The notes below the pieces were generated by a model. The model was not told where the DNA came from. It worked only from the letters and a program-made list of their open reading frames with translations, and did no database searches. Shown here one piece after another: positions 50,349 through 62,874 of a stretch of 64,000 nt of DNA. Origin of the DNA: Lama glama (taxonomy: Eukaryota); contig CM052818.1 in the NCBI GenBank assembly GCA_028534125.1, positions 46,874,001 through 46,938,000 of the forward strand, given 5' to 3'. Every line of letters starts with the position of its first letter. Position 1 is the first letter of the stretch. The translations under genes were made by a program, and so were the position numbers.

Positions 50349-52479
50349 TAATGGCCGCTGTTTACTATGCAATTACTACACACATGCACTTGCTAAGGGC
50401 TGACCTCGCCTATCTGTAGTCTTTATAAGTAGAGAATCCACCTGCCTCAAACAAATAAGGACAGTGGAGCTTAGAGAGGACGTGTTAATCTTGTGGTGGA
50501 TTTCTGGGAGGGGCGATGGCGTGTGCCGATTCTCCAGTGTGCCTTGTCCCCAGCTTCTCTTTGTGGCTGCCACTTTGAACCTGCCTGGGTCTGGGGGCAA
50601 GGACAGGCAAGGAACAAGCAGTGTGGTCCAACGGCAGAGGACCCAGTCTGCGTCAGCACCTGGATCCTGGTGATGGAGAGTAATAGTTGAGTGATTAGTT
50701 TTCACTGCTGTTCCCTGAATGTCTCCTACTTTGAAAACCTCAGGGGATGCGTGGCACGGTGCGGCAAGGAACACAATTCTTGGCTTCCAAATTTCAAAAG
50801 AACTCAGGGCATAGACAATAAATTTGGAGGAATACTAGCTCGGACCCGGTTTTTGTTCTGTGTTGCCCTGAGATTAGATAAAGGTTCTAGATTGGAGAAA
50901 GGGAGAAAAGAACTGAGAAGTTGCTCAAGTCTCTGTCTTCACCCACATACCCCTCTCCAGTGCTGAGTCGTCGGATGGGGGTCCATGCAGAAACCCCAGA
51001 TATGTCTGAGAACTCCCAGAGAGGGGAGCTAGCACCTGAACACTCCTGAAATTCTCCCGGGAGGGTCAGGGAAAGTAGCCGTAACCCTGAGTACCCCCGG
51101 CCCCATCAGGTGGATAGTTGTAGCGTGTGTTTGGATGGGCAGGCCTGAAGCAGCCTCCTCGCAAGGCCCACCTTGTGCCTGTAGGACAAGTAACAGCGGA
51201 GGATGTTGACTTCAGGGCAGAGAAGCCCAGGGGGCCACTGCCCCCGAAGAAGGTCCACAACTGGGGCAAGGAGGATGGAGGGGTCAGTTGCATGAGCTGA
51301 CACCAGGAGGCCGGATGGAAGGAGGGCACTTTTGTGGATGCCACAATGTCTCCACTGGTGCGTGGCAGTGACCCGGGTCAGAGGACTCACGCCCCCATCC
51401 ACCTCATTGTCTTGGCAGGAGGCACAGAGCTGGAGGCCAAGATTTGCAGCCGCTGTCCGAGTGAATGAGCGATGGCCCTGCTCTCAGAAGGCTCCAGCAG
51501 GAAGAGCTCTCGATTGTGGTCGGGATGTTGGGTACACCTTCATGACCTGGCTGCGAGGTCAGGGGGCGAGGGGTCACAGGAGGCAGGAAGCCTGGTGTTT
51601 TTGCCTTTTACTTACAGCATGGCCTCAGTCTCTCTGGATCTCAGGTTTTTTCATTTATAAATTAACATTGGGTTAAATTATTTCTAATGTCCCTGAGAGT
51701 TCCAGTTTTGGAAGGCCAGAAAATTAAAATCAGCTCCTAAATTTGTTTCAAATGGAGAAAGGAAAGTATCACCTGAGCTCCCCCTCCCCTCTTACTTCTT
51801 TATCACCGACCTGCAAGCGTTTCATTTCTATCCCGTTTCATGCTTGCTTTTTATGTAGCCCCGTAAGCAGTCACTTAAAGTACGTGGACAAGGTGACTTG
51901 GTCTCGGTCTGTCCCCTGACTCACTGGTGACATTTTTTCCAGGTGACTGCCCAGGAATTCTAGGTATTCGCCTTGGTCCTTGGTTCTCCAGTATCATTTG
52001 TTTGGTCTTAAAATAGTCACATGCTTTATCATGTGCTGACCTACTAATGTGAAGAAATCCCCAATGTCAATGATTAAACAGGGAGCCCCAGCAAGACCGC
52101 AGTGTTCTTGACCCCGCTGACAGCCTTCCTCATGGGGACATCCATCCTTGGATGTAAGTTTTGCACTTTTAAAAAGAGCCGTGGAACCAGCGAGACCAAA
52201 ACAAGGAGTTTTTGGTACTTATGTTATTTCTCAAACGAAGAATATCTCAATCAGAAAATGAATTCTACTATTTCATATTTTCACTAATGATCTAATTGTG
52301 GAATAATATACTTATTAAGTGCCAATGAATGACTGAATGAAGATGGAAAGAGATACAGTTATACCTGTATGTGGGGAGCATCTTTCTATGCAGACGATGT
52401 AGATAATGGTCAATAGTTCAATGATACAAAAAGCCACTTTGCCAAAATAGCAGTCCTTTTTTCTTGTGATTGTGACAGC

Positions 52480-52690
52480 TGTCTGCCCTGCCCCGATGCA
52501 GTGTTAGGTGCCCATCTGTGTGCTCCTTGGGCATCTCAGCTCATCTCTCCCTTTCCTCTGACTTCTGTTAACTTGTCTTCTTTCCACACCAGGCTGTGGA
52601 CTCCTTTAAAAGGGAATTTGTGTCATTTATTATTTTCTACCAGTGCCTGACAACTGTTGAGTGGCTGGAAGGATGGGTGGATGGGTGATG
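52480..52690 (+). mobile_element. L2 LINE 3' end
   Basis: 'gttaggtgcccatctgtgtgctcc...ccacaccaggctgtggactccttt...ccagtgcctgaca...tgttgagtggctggaaggatgg'. Confidence 0.6.
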
Positions 52691-53006
52691 GGTGAGGAGC
52701 AGAGATGGGGAGCAGAGACACGTGACCATGACTTGGCACAGTGAATGGATACCAAGTAGTGCGTGGAGTTGAACTGATGCAAGCGAGCTGTTTGACCAAC
52801 TGGGAACAATCCACAGAGCACAAGTACTGCTCGCAGCCAGAATCCCTGCTTTCAGGCAAGTTTTAAAGAAGGTGAAGACAGTTCATCACATGAACAACTC
52901 ACTTGTTCTTGCTGGTTAAGGCATATTTGTCCAGATACCGACTTGATCAATGAAATGATTAATAAGTCAGGACTGGTTCATATAAAAGAGATATAAAATA
53001 GGTGAA

Positions 53007-53182
53007 GGGTGGGGAGGGTAGAGCTCAGAGGTTAGAGTTCATGCTTAGCCTGCCTGAGGCTCCGGGTTCAATCCCTGGTACCTCCATTCAATAAATAAAT
53101 AAATCTAATTACCCCCCCATAAATAAATAAATAAACATTTAAAAATATTAAAAAATAAGTTAAAAATAGAATTAAGAAAATG
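53007..53182 (+). mobile_element. tRNA-derived camelid SINE (vic-1-like)
   Basis: 'ggggagggtagagctcagaggttagag...atgcttagc...gggttcaatccctggtacctcc' plus (AAAT)n tail; TSD aaatag(g/a)tgaa at 52996-53006 and 53183-53193. Confidence 0.88.
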
Positions 53183-53318
53183 AAATAGATGAACAGTTGT
53201 AAGATGGATGTCTAACTTGAAATTCTGTTACGCTCCTTTCAAAAATTCAAGCTCATTATATTATATGTTACATAAATACTAAACATATAAAATATGTATT
53301 ATATAAAATGTATTATAG

Positions 53319-53460
53319 CAGTGGGTCTCAAACTTAGCTGTACATTAGAATCACCTGGGGAACTTAAAAAAATCCTGATTCTCAGGCATTGTCACCGACT
53401 CCCTGGGGGTGGGAGTCAGGCATCCAGAGCTTTTAAAGCTCCCCAGGGAATTCCAAAAGG
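53319..53460. mobile_element. MER5A-like hAT-Charlie element
   Basis: 'cagtgggtctcaaacttagctgtacattagaatcacctggggaacttaaaaaaatcctgat...ttttaaagctccccagg'. Confidence 0.8.
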
Positions 53461-54090
53461 CTTTGTGACCTCCTAACCTGAACTACAAAGCAAATGGGGA
53501 CACTAGACTATAAATTGCAAAAAGAAGTTGGCTCAAATAGAGCAAGAACCTGGATTGAAACTTAAAAATGGACCCTTTGAAAAAAGTATCTTCAAAGAAA
53601 AATAATTTTAAAAACTCATACACACTAAAAATAGAGTGGAAATGCTCTACAAATCAATTTTATTGGTTTAAATTCGTTATTCACTTAACCATTGTTTTAT
53701 ACCCTACTTTGTTGGATTCCACACCCTAAATTGAGCTTCCTCCGTGCTCAGAAGGGTGAAGACTTTTCTAGCACAGCATGGATGGGGAAGCGGGGCGGGC
53801 AGGAGACTCAGCTGCCACTCACTTTGGGAGACACCGTCTCCGATGCCACGGGGCGGCAGGCTGAACCTCTTAATACCGCTCCCACCCCTGGGAATTAAAT
53901 TCACTCCCAGTGGAAAGGGATTCAGAAATCCCGACCCTGCCTTCCAAACAGCAGTGTGATTTCACCAGGGTGATAAATTGCTCCTATCAAAACAGACATC
54001 AAGTCTGCCAGGGAAATAATGGGTTCCAACAGGACCAAGTGGAACATCTTATGTGCGTATGAGCAGGGGACAAGTGGTGAAAAATCAGTG

Positions 54091-54092
<2 letters not shown>

Positions 54093-54128
<36 letters not shown>
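54093..54128 (+). repeat. (TG)18 microsatellite
   Basis: Read directly. Confidence 0.97.
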
Positions 54129-54130
<2 letters not shown>

Positions 54131-54938
54131 TGAACTCTTTTCAACCTCTCTTAAATGGTAAGAGGTACAGAGAGCAGATGAGAAGGATAATGTGATTAGC
54201 TTTAAATGAAAAAAGAAAATCCATCATAAAAATGGCCCGGGGAGCACGTTTGTCAGAGGGCGTGGTAGCGGGCCGGGGGTCGCGCTGCCTACGGGAAGGT
54301 ATGAGGGGTTGTCTTTTAGAGTCTCTCCAGCAGGATTCCTCGGCTGGAGAAGCCCGCTGTCAGCGCGTGGTGATTCACCGCAGACCGCCAGGCACTCCTC
54401 GCTGGAGAGAACCCCTTCCTGCCCACCCCGCCCTAATTACCTGCAATTCTCACATTCCTGGGGGTGAAGTCAGATGCCCCGGTGAAAATGGAAAGGTTAT
54501 CTGCACAGAAAGACCTATTAAACCCTTACTAGCTAGTAACCAATCTTAAATCATTTTCCCCACATAGCCCCCTGCCCTCTTTAGATGGCCGAGAAAGGAA
54601 TGGAAGGATGGACTGGTTATGTCACTTCTCTTTTCCCGATTTCCTAACACATGATCTCGTATAGACCTTTGGCCTAAGACAGTATCCTCTTCCCCGACTC
54701 ACAATGTGTTTCCGGTTCCTAGGGCTGTTTCTCGGGTCTGGAGATCTCTTGGCTGCCCTCTCCAGGACTTGGCTCAGTGCCCTAGGAAGTCTTTCTGAGT
54801 TCCCCACTCCCCACCCCAAAGGCTTAGCGGCTGCTTTCATAGCACCGTGTAGGTCCTCTGACACTTAACGGGAGCAGGGCATCATCTGCGTGCACAGGCG
54901 AGTCATTGGTTCAGGCGTTTATTCAACAAGTGTTTGTT

Positions 54939-55613
54939 TTTATATTTATTTATTTTTTCTCTTTTATTTTTTTTATTGAGTTATAGTCATTTTACAATGC
55001 TGTGTTAAATTCCAGTGTAGAGCACATACACAAATTTTGAAATTCCAGTCTGTCCCTTCCCACCTTCTGCCCCCTTGGCAACCCCAACTTTGGATTCTAT
55101 GTCTGTGAGTCTGTTTCTGTTTTGTATTTATGTTCTTTTTTTTTTTTTTTTTTTTTTTTTAGATTCCACATATGAGCGATCTCATATGGTATTTTTCTTT
55201 CTCTTTCTGGCTTACTTCACTTAGAATGACATTCTCTAGGAGCATCCATGTTGTTGCAAATGGAGTTATGCTGTCATTTTTATGGCTGAATAGTATTCCA
55301 TTGTATAATATACCACCTCTTCTTTATCCAGTCATCTGTAGCTGGACATTTAAGCTATTTCCATGTCTTGGCTATTGTAAATAGTGCTGCTATGAACATT
55401 GGGGTGCAGATGTCTTTTTGAAGTAGGGTTCCTTCTGGATATATGCCCAGGAGTGGGATTCCTGGGTCATATGGTAAGTCTATTCCTAGTCTTTTTTATT
55501 ATTTTAATTGAAGTACAGTCAGTTACAATGTGTCAGTCTCTGGTGTACAGCACAATGTCCCAGTCATTCATATACATACATATATTCATTTACATATTTT
55601 TTTCCATTAGAGA
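54939..55613 (-). mobile_element. Two tandem camelid-type L1 3' ends (54939-~55492 and ~55493-55613) within an L2 end
   Basis: Two separate T-rich tails, each followed by L1 3'UTR sequence; the first extends into the ORF2 C-terminus. Outer 20-bp TSD ttattcaa(c/a)aagt(g/a)tttgtt at 54919-54938 and 55614-55633. Confidence 0.88.
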
Positions 55614-55946
55614 TTATTCAAAAAGTATTTGTTGAGTTCCTACTTTGGGCCAGGCACTATACCCAAGGTAGAATAAGAGAGAGTCCAGACAGATCTGGAG
55701 CCAGGAGAGACTCAGATCCGGACATCCAATTCCAGTACGCTTTCCGAGGCTGCAGGGAAGCCCCCACCCTGGGGCTGGTTCTCTGTGCAGAGGATGGGGT
55801 TGAGGGGAGGCAGGGAGCCAGCTCTCCTTACTGAGCCCTCGTATTTCTTCCTCAGTTGAGTGAGAGGGTTACAGTAGATAACACTTCAATTTTCTCCGCA
55901 TTCTGAGAGTCTGTGAACAGTCGAAATCTGAAGCAGGGATACGTTT

Positions 55947-56127
55947 AAGACCCAGAATTGCCACAGCAATACTGAAGAAAAAGAAAGAGGCTGGAGGAAT
56001 AACCCTCCCAGACTTCAGACAATATTACAGAGCTACGGTAATCAAAACAGCATGGTATTGGCACAGAAACAGATGTATGGCTTAATGGAGCAGAATAGAG
56101 AGCCCAGAAATAAACCCACACACCTAC
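55947..56127 (+). mobile_element. Isolated internal L1 ORF2 fragment
   Basis: Frame from 55948 reads [59 protein letters not shown], the conserved L1 ORF2 [18 protein letters not shown] segment. Confidence 0.92.
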
Positions 56128-57369
56128 TGTCATTTTAAAATGAGGAAGTTGAGGCTGACAGTGCTTGTGTAGCCAACAAGTTAAAGATTTATGCTGGCAA
56201 GTGGGTGTCCTGGCTGTGGAACTAGATGTCTCTGGTTCCACAGTGACCTGTCCCTGCACATCTTTCCCAGGTCTGAGCACTAAGGTATCAGATCAATCCC
56301 CCATTGTCAGCCCTTTAGATGGTTTCCAGTTTCCCACTGTTATAAACAATATCCTGGTGAAATCCTTGTGGCCAGAAATTCGCACAGGACTCCTTCTTTT
56401 CTTTAGCGAAATCCTTAGCTGTAGAATTGCAAAGTCAAAGGCCAGGTTAACTCTTGAATATATGCTGCCAAGTTGCTCCTGTCTCCACAACTAGAGGTGT
56501 TAATAATTCACACCTTCCAGGGGTGTATGAAGTGCTCCAAACCTTAGCAATGAGCAGGCAATGGAAACTGATGAAATGCTGACAAAAAATTGAAGTGATC
56601 AGATGCATCCAAAGAGAGCCAGGCGTGCTGAGCATGGAGGAAGACAGCCTACCCCCAGCCAGCAGGCTCCCAGTTTTACTGGCACCAAGGACCCCTGGTT
56701 TACAGGAGGTAAAAGGACCATCTTATAGGTTATGGGTTTTCCCCTGTTCTACCCTCTAAAGCTACTGACCGTCAACATATGCTGACTTTTCATTTGCTTT
56801 GAATTAAACAATTTATGCTGCCTTCACTGTCTCTTTCTGCTGTAGCCAAGGCTGGTGCTTCAGCCAACTTTTACCACATTGAAATGTCAAATGAAATTCC
56901 AGAGCCATCAAATGAGACCTTTATTCCTCCACCTGCACATTATGACTCTAATAAACACGTTATCAGCTCATGAAAATGATGGCAAACAGGTGACTGAAGG
57001 ATTTGATAAGTCAGCAGCAAAGATGAACAGTTCTTTTCAGAGAAAGCTGTGAGAGGTTCCCCTACTTAAAACAATTGTGGCATGTGAATTTACAGCACTT
57101 AAATCATTATCGGCAATTAGTCCTTGTCAAAAAGGTTGCAGCTGGCTTCAATTACAGGTAAGATTTTTATAATTTGAACTTAGTAGTGCGTCTGATAAGT
57201 AGGGCTTGGATGAACACCCTTTGGGAGATTTACAATTTGAGAAAAACTTCAAGGCATTTCAAAATTCAAAAATTCATTATTTTCAACACTGCTTTATTAG
57301 TGACATTTATTATTAAGCTTCCAGAAACATTTCCATAGACTTCATCCTCCAGCTGTTTTCTTCCCTAAC

Positions 57370-59700
57370 AGAAAAATTACTGATTAAAAATTGCTTTTAT
57401 ATTACAAAAGCACCACATGTACATTATAGAAAAAAATCTATCTAAGCAGCACAGAGGATACAAAATAAGAACAACTCTTTCTAAATATCTCCTCATCCTC
57501 AAACCCTCATGCTCCCAAAGATAAGCACTTCTGCTTTTAATTCTTCTAGAAATTACCACCATAACTTCATCTAGAATTATTTTTACCCTTATATCCTGAT
57601 CAATCAACTTTGGGCAGTGTGCATTAATTCTTAACTAGGGAATAAATAATTTGGAATTAAATGTAATGGAATTTAAGTTTAATTTAAAATTAAATAGAAT
57701 TTAATGCCAGTACACAAGCTTCCATCTCTCTTTTACATGTTGACTTTTGCCGATTCTGTTTTTCTAAAGTTTTTTCTGTAGTTTCAAAACTTTAATATGC
57801 GTATCTATTTCTTGATCCAGTATCTGTAGATTTTCACCATTTAAATAGGTGTGAAGAGTATCTCGTCGTTTTAGTTTGCGTTTCTCTGACGACAGATGAG
57901 GTGATCATCCCTTCATATGCTTACTTGCCATCTCTGTATCTCCTTTCATCAAATTTCTGTTCAGGTCCTTCACCCATTTTTTCAATTGAGTTGTTTATTT
58001 TTTATTGTTGAGTTTTAAGTGTTCTTAGTATATTTTTGGGTAACAGTTCTTCCTCTTTTATATCGTTTGCAAGTATTTTCTCCCAGTCTGTGGCTTGTCT
58101 TCTCATTTTCTTGGCAGTGTCTTTCACAGAGCGGAACTTTTTAATTTTAACGAAGTCCAGCTTACTATTTCTTTCATGAATTTGGTTTTGGAGCTCCATC
58201 AGCATCAGATATTATCTCTTGATTCTCCATTAAGAAAAGTGAGAGTTTAGCATCCTTATTACTCCCACCTTTCTTTACTCTTTGTCCAGCTGTGCCATTA
58301 TGTTTTTACACTGTCAGAATTGAAAATATTTACCTGTTTTGTTACTGTAACTATAATTAAGTTTTCTATACTTCTAAGGAGCAATTCTAGAAATGAAAAT
58401 TTAAAGAACAGCATTTATATTCTTATGATTATTTAATTTTTTTTAACTACAACACAAATCAAGGAAAAGTTATTTCTATATTACTGAACTGGTGCTATTT
58501 GAAGGGTGATCTTCCAAGAGTTAAGATTAAGTCTACTTTTGTTTTCCTAAACTCTATCTATTCCTCAAAATTAGGGCACCTGTAAGTTTGCTTCATATTT
58601 GGAGCATGTATGTTTTGTATTGCTATCTTCCTCTCCTGCTCACTCCCCTGGTGTTTCTTTTCTCTTTTTCTTTTTCTTTTTTTTTTTTTTAAAATAAATG
58701 TTGACTGCAGGGACATATGTATCCATCATGGTTTTTAGACCTTTCAAGACCTTTCTAGTTATCATACAGTGTATGCAATTGGATTTGTTTCTGTCTTGAA
58801 GCCTTCTTCACAAGCCGTCTTACTTTCTCTTTTAATTGGTCCATTGCTTTCTAGACACACTGCTTAGCTGTCAGCCTTGCATTTCTTTTCCATTGGTCTC
58901 CTCTTTAGGTTGCTGTGAGTTAAGTTTTATAGCATCTATTTTCTTGAGTTCCCTTTTTCATTTGGCAGAGTGTAGCCTCTCTGTGCCCCAGTTTCTTCAT
59001 TTAAAAATTTAGGGTAAAAATAATGTCATAGGGTTGATCTGAAGATGCAAGGAGTTAAGTACATGCAAAGTACTAAGAAGAGTGCCTTGCAAATATGACT
59101 ACTCTGCAATTTTCTGAGAAAGGGAAGTAAAACCTTTTGAGTCCTACATCTCTTAAAATACCTTTATTTTCCATCACTCCACTTGGTTAAGAGTTTGGAA
59201 TATAATTTTACTTTCAAAATCACTTTCCTTTAAAAGTTTGAACGTCTTGCTCCTTTGCCCTCCAACTTTACATTCTGTTGACAGGTCTAGGGTCAGTTTC
59301 GTTCTGGTCCTTTGTAAGTAATCTTGTTTTTTGAAATTTTTCTGGTGGTGTTGAGGGTTTTTGTTTTATCTCTAGGGTTCTGAATTGTTAACAAAGAATA
59401 GTAGGTTTTTTTTTTTTTTAATTTCCTGTCACTCATCCTGCTTGGCCTTTGGTGTACCTACTTGAAAAATCAGATTTCTCTTTAGATAATATTTTTTCTG
59501 TTTTGTTTCTCTGCTATCTCCTCTCTGTTGTCATGGTTGTCCATTTCTGGAGATCTCTCTATGTATGCCATTAGACATAATTTTTTTCTCTGTTAATACT
59601 TCTCTTTTCACTGGAATCAGTTGCTCATTTCTTTCTCTTGACTGTTTAATTTTATTTTTTTCCTTCTCACATACCTGCTGATTTCTGGTTGAATCTTCAA
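57370..59700 (-). mobile_element. Old L1-family derived block, including an ORF2 fragment at ~57830-58200
   Basis: Minus-strand peptide KLDFVKIKKFRSVKDTAKKMRRQATDWEKILAN is L1 ORF2. The surrounding T-rich, diverged sequence is L1/HAL1-like; boundaries uncertain. Confidence 0.6.
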
Positions 59701-60579
59701 TGAATGAAGGACTGTGCTGGTGAGCAAAAGTAGTTGATGTGGTTTCCTTTGCAAATGTGTTGGTCTGTAAAGCAGAACCACCTCCCTCTTGACCTGGAAG
59801 GCTGCCTGCAGGCTCTGCCCACACAGTGGTTCTAGTGACAGATGTGCTTCCTTTGATGCAGGCGGGCGCGGGACCTTCCACGACTATCACTTTCTCCGAA
59901 TGATCCCAGTTCCTTGGAGTTAAAAAATGTGTCAGTAACATAAGGGCAATTATTTAGTTGTCTCATGATATGAACCTGTATGTTGACTGAATTTTATCTT
60001 CTCTCACTGTGGAAGGGAGAAGGCAGTGAAGCACATCACAAGGGACTGACTTGTAATAAAGGATTAGATGGGGGCTATGCAGATCAGTGTAAAGGTTTAT
60101 AGAGATGAAGCCGCGTGGCATGTCTCCATTCATGGCTGCCTATGGTTTGCCCATCTTTTTGCTGTTGTTGAAGCTGACAGCATGATGGCCCTTCATGTGT
60201 GCCCCTCCACTCATCCCCAGTAGTGTCACTGGTCAGATCCTCTTAGCTGACTCAGTGAGGTGGTCTCTTCCTAGGGGGTCTCCATCCTTGGGGTCTTCTT
60301 AGTGTTCTGATATTCCTAGAATCTCCCCCTGTGTCAGCCATCCCCTCAGTGCTGATGAATCTCCATCTCTAGCCCAGATGTCTCTCTGAAGTTCCACTTG
60401 GAGGTTCCCACAGGCTTCTCACACCCAGGATTCCAAAGCAGAGGTGGTCATGTTTCCTGCTCTCTTCTTCCCAAGTTCCTTTTGTTTTGTGGTCCCCTAT
60501 CTGTCTAGGTGCCCAATCCTGAAAGCAGGAAGCGTCTTTCTTTCTTGATCTCCTGCATCTTAGCAATTATAAAGTCCTG

Positions 60580-60922
60580 TCTTTCTTAGCCAGTTTGGGT
60601 TGCTATAACAGACTGGGTGGCTTAAACAACAGAGATTTGTTTCTCACAGTTCTGGAGGCTGGAAGTCCAAAATCAGGGTACCACCATAGTCAGGTGAAGG
60701 CCCTCTTCCTGGTTTGCAGATGGACCTCCTTGCTCTGTCCTCACATGGCAGACAGAGAGATCATCTCTTTCCTGTCTCTTTTTTAAGGGCACTAATTCCA
60801 TCATGGGGGCTCCACTCTCATGACCTAATCACCCTCCAAAGTCCTCACCTTCTAACACCATCACACTAGGGATTAGGTCTAAATTAGGTCTAAGATTTGG
60901 GACAAACATTTAGTCCATAGCA
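60580..60922 (-). mobile_element. MLT1A0-like MaLR LTR
   Basis: 'gctataacagactgggtggcttaaacaacaga...tctcacagttctggaggctggaagtcc...taagggcactaattccatcatg...ggacaaacatttagtccatagca'. Confidence 0.88.
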
Positions 60923-60984
60923 CCGTTTTGTAATCTCTGGCATCTCCCCCAGGATGTGATGTAATTTTTAATTTTGTATCTTGA

Positions 60985-61015
<31 letters not shown>

Positions 61016-61054
61016 GTGTGTGTGTGTGCGTGTGTGTGTGTGTGCATGTGTGTG
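60985..61054 (+). repeat. Interrupted (TG)n/(CG) microsatellite, about 70 bp
   Basis: Read directly; continuous purine-pyrimidine alternation. Confidence 0.95.
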
Positions 61055-62328
61055 GGGTGCATTTCAGAGACTTGCACTTAATTTTCCCCATTTTGGTAAC
61101 TCTTACCTCCTATTCCAAGATGCCAATGTAGTCGTTCCTCCAATTTCCAGAGGCAGTTTGAATTATATATTTGGGAGTTGAGGGAATAACCATGGTTGGG
61201 TCTGTGGACCCAGACCTGGGCAGGTCTTCCTTTATAACTGGACCCATGGCTTTGCTTTAACAAGGGGGTTCAGGAGGATCACGTCTCAGAACCCCAGTTA
61301 TCAGTGTCATCTCAGATCTTGTAACCAGTAGTTCTCAGAGCGTCTGGGCAGCCCTCGCCCTCCAGTGTGTGGCTCCCTGAGCACGTGGCAGGGGCTGTCT
61401 AGGGAGCTGGGGAGCTATTCACAGAGACACCTGCTGTGATGCTGTAGATTCTTCCCCTCAGGGACTCACCTGTCCTTCAGTCCATGGGGTCTGGGTCTGA
61501 ACACTGGTTCGGGTTCAGATACCAGGTCCAGCGCTGAGACTGGATTTTTATTTTTATTTGGGCAGTTCATTCAACCTCTTGATCATCTTTCCTTACATTT
61601 TCTCTCTTTTTTTTTTTTTTGAGTGTCTAACTTGAGTGATCCTACCCCCCCACCCCGTCATGCTGTGTCCGTTATTCTCTCTGGCTCAGGGCCCTCTGGC
61701 TGCCCCTTCAGCCATGTGCCCCATTATAATTGTGTCCCCGTTGCTGCTAATTAAATGTCACACTAGCTTCTATTATTTCAAGATTCCCTTAGGGAGTCCA
61801 GTTCTGTAATAATAGGATTATTCAGAGCTCTTCAAGGGTGCGCCTCTCAGCAATGCTTTTTTTTTTTTTTTGACAAATTGACAAATGGAGTGTTTCCCAG
61901 GCTCTCTTGATGAACATGACTGGTTGGTTTCCAACCTCACATGATATTTCTACTCTGGAATTCTACTTTTCTGAACCTCTTCCTCCCTGACTCCATTGTC
62001 TGGGCAGCAGCCTGGTGTTTCTGCTTTCTTAGTGGGGACCACCACTTTCTCCAAGTTACTAGGAGCTGTTCTAACAGCAGGTTAGCACTGCTGGAGGCCT
62101 GGCTGGAATTTAACATGTTATTATGGGAGAGTACACCCACACGGATGAACACTTTTGCACACTTAGGCTCTGCCCAGCTCTATCAGCCCCATATGCACCC
62201 TGATTCTTGTCAATGCCTTGCCAGGTCCTACAGAGTCTTGCCTCCCAGTTCAGGTCTAGCACATTCCTCACTGGCTGCTGCTGTGATCTGTGTGTGGGAG
62301 GGCAGGTGGGCTCATTTTAAAAGACAAA

Positions 62329-62874
62329 AGCAACATTTACAATATGCTAAGACATGGAAGCAACCTAAATGTCCATCAACAGATGACTGGATAAAGAAGA
62401 TGTGGTATATATATACAATGGAATATTACTCAGCCATAAAAAACAGTGAAATCATGCCATTTGCAGCAACATGGATGGACCTAGAGACGATCATACTAAG
62501 TGAAGTAAGTCAGAGAAAGACAATACTATATGATACTACTTATATGTGGAATCTAAAAAATAATACAAATGAACTTATTCACCAAATCAAAACAGACCCA
62601 CAGACATAGAAAATAAACTTACGGTAACCAGAGGTGAAATGGGGGAAGGACGACTAAGGAAGGAGCTTGAGATTAACAGACACATACCACTATACAGTAA
62701 GTAGATAAACAACAAGGATTTACTGTATAGCACAGGGAACTATATTCAGTATCTTGTAATAACATATAATGGAAAAGAATCGAAGAAAGAAATATACATC
62801 TAAAACTGAATCACTTTGCTGTGCACCGGAAACTAACATAACATCCTAAATCAACTATAGTTCAATAAAAAAAA
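62329..62874 (+). mobile_element. Artiodactyl-type L1 3' end with ORF2 C-terminus
   Basis: Peptide AKTWKQPKCPSTDDWIKKMWYIYTMEYYSAIKNSEIMPFAATWMDLETIILSEVSQ, then 3'UTR and AATAAA-polyA. Confidence 0.93.

Noticed and set aside
15633..56967. Shared 11-mer ACGTTATCAGC in two candidate enhancers (15633-15643, 56957-56967)
   Set aside because: Hundreds of chance 11-mer matches are expected within 64 kb.
61941..62609. 222-aa ORF
   Set aside because: Chance read-through of unique sequence into the L1 ORF2 C-terminal remnant; not a host gene.
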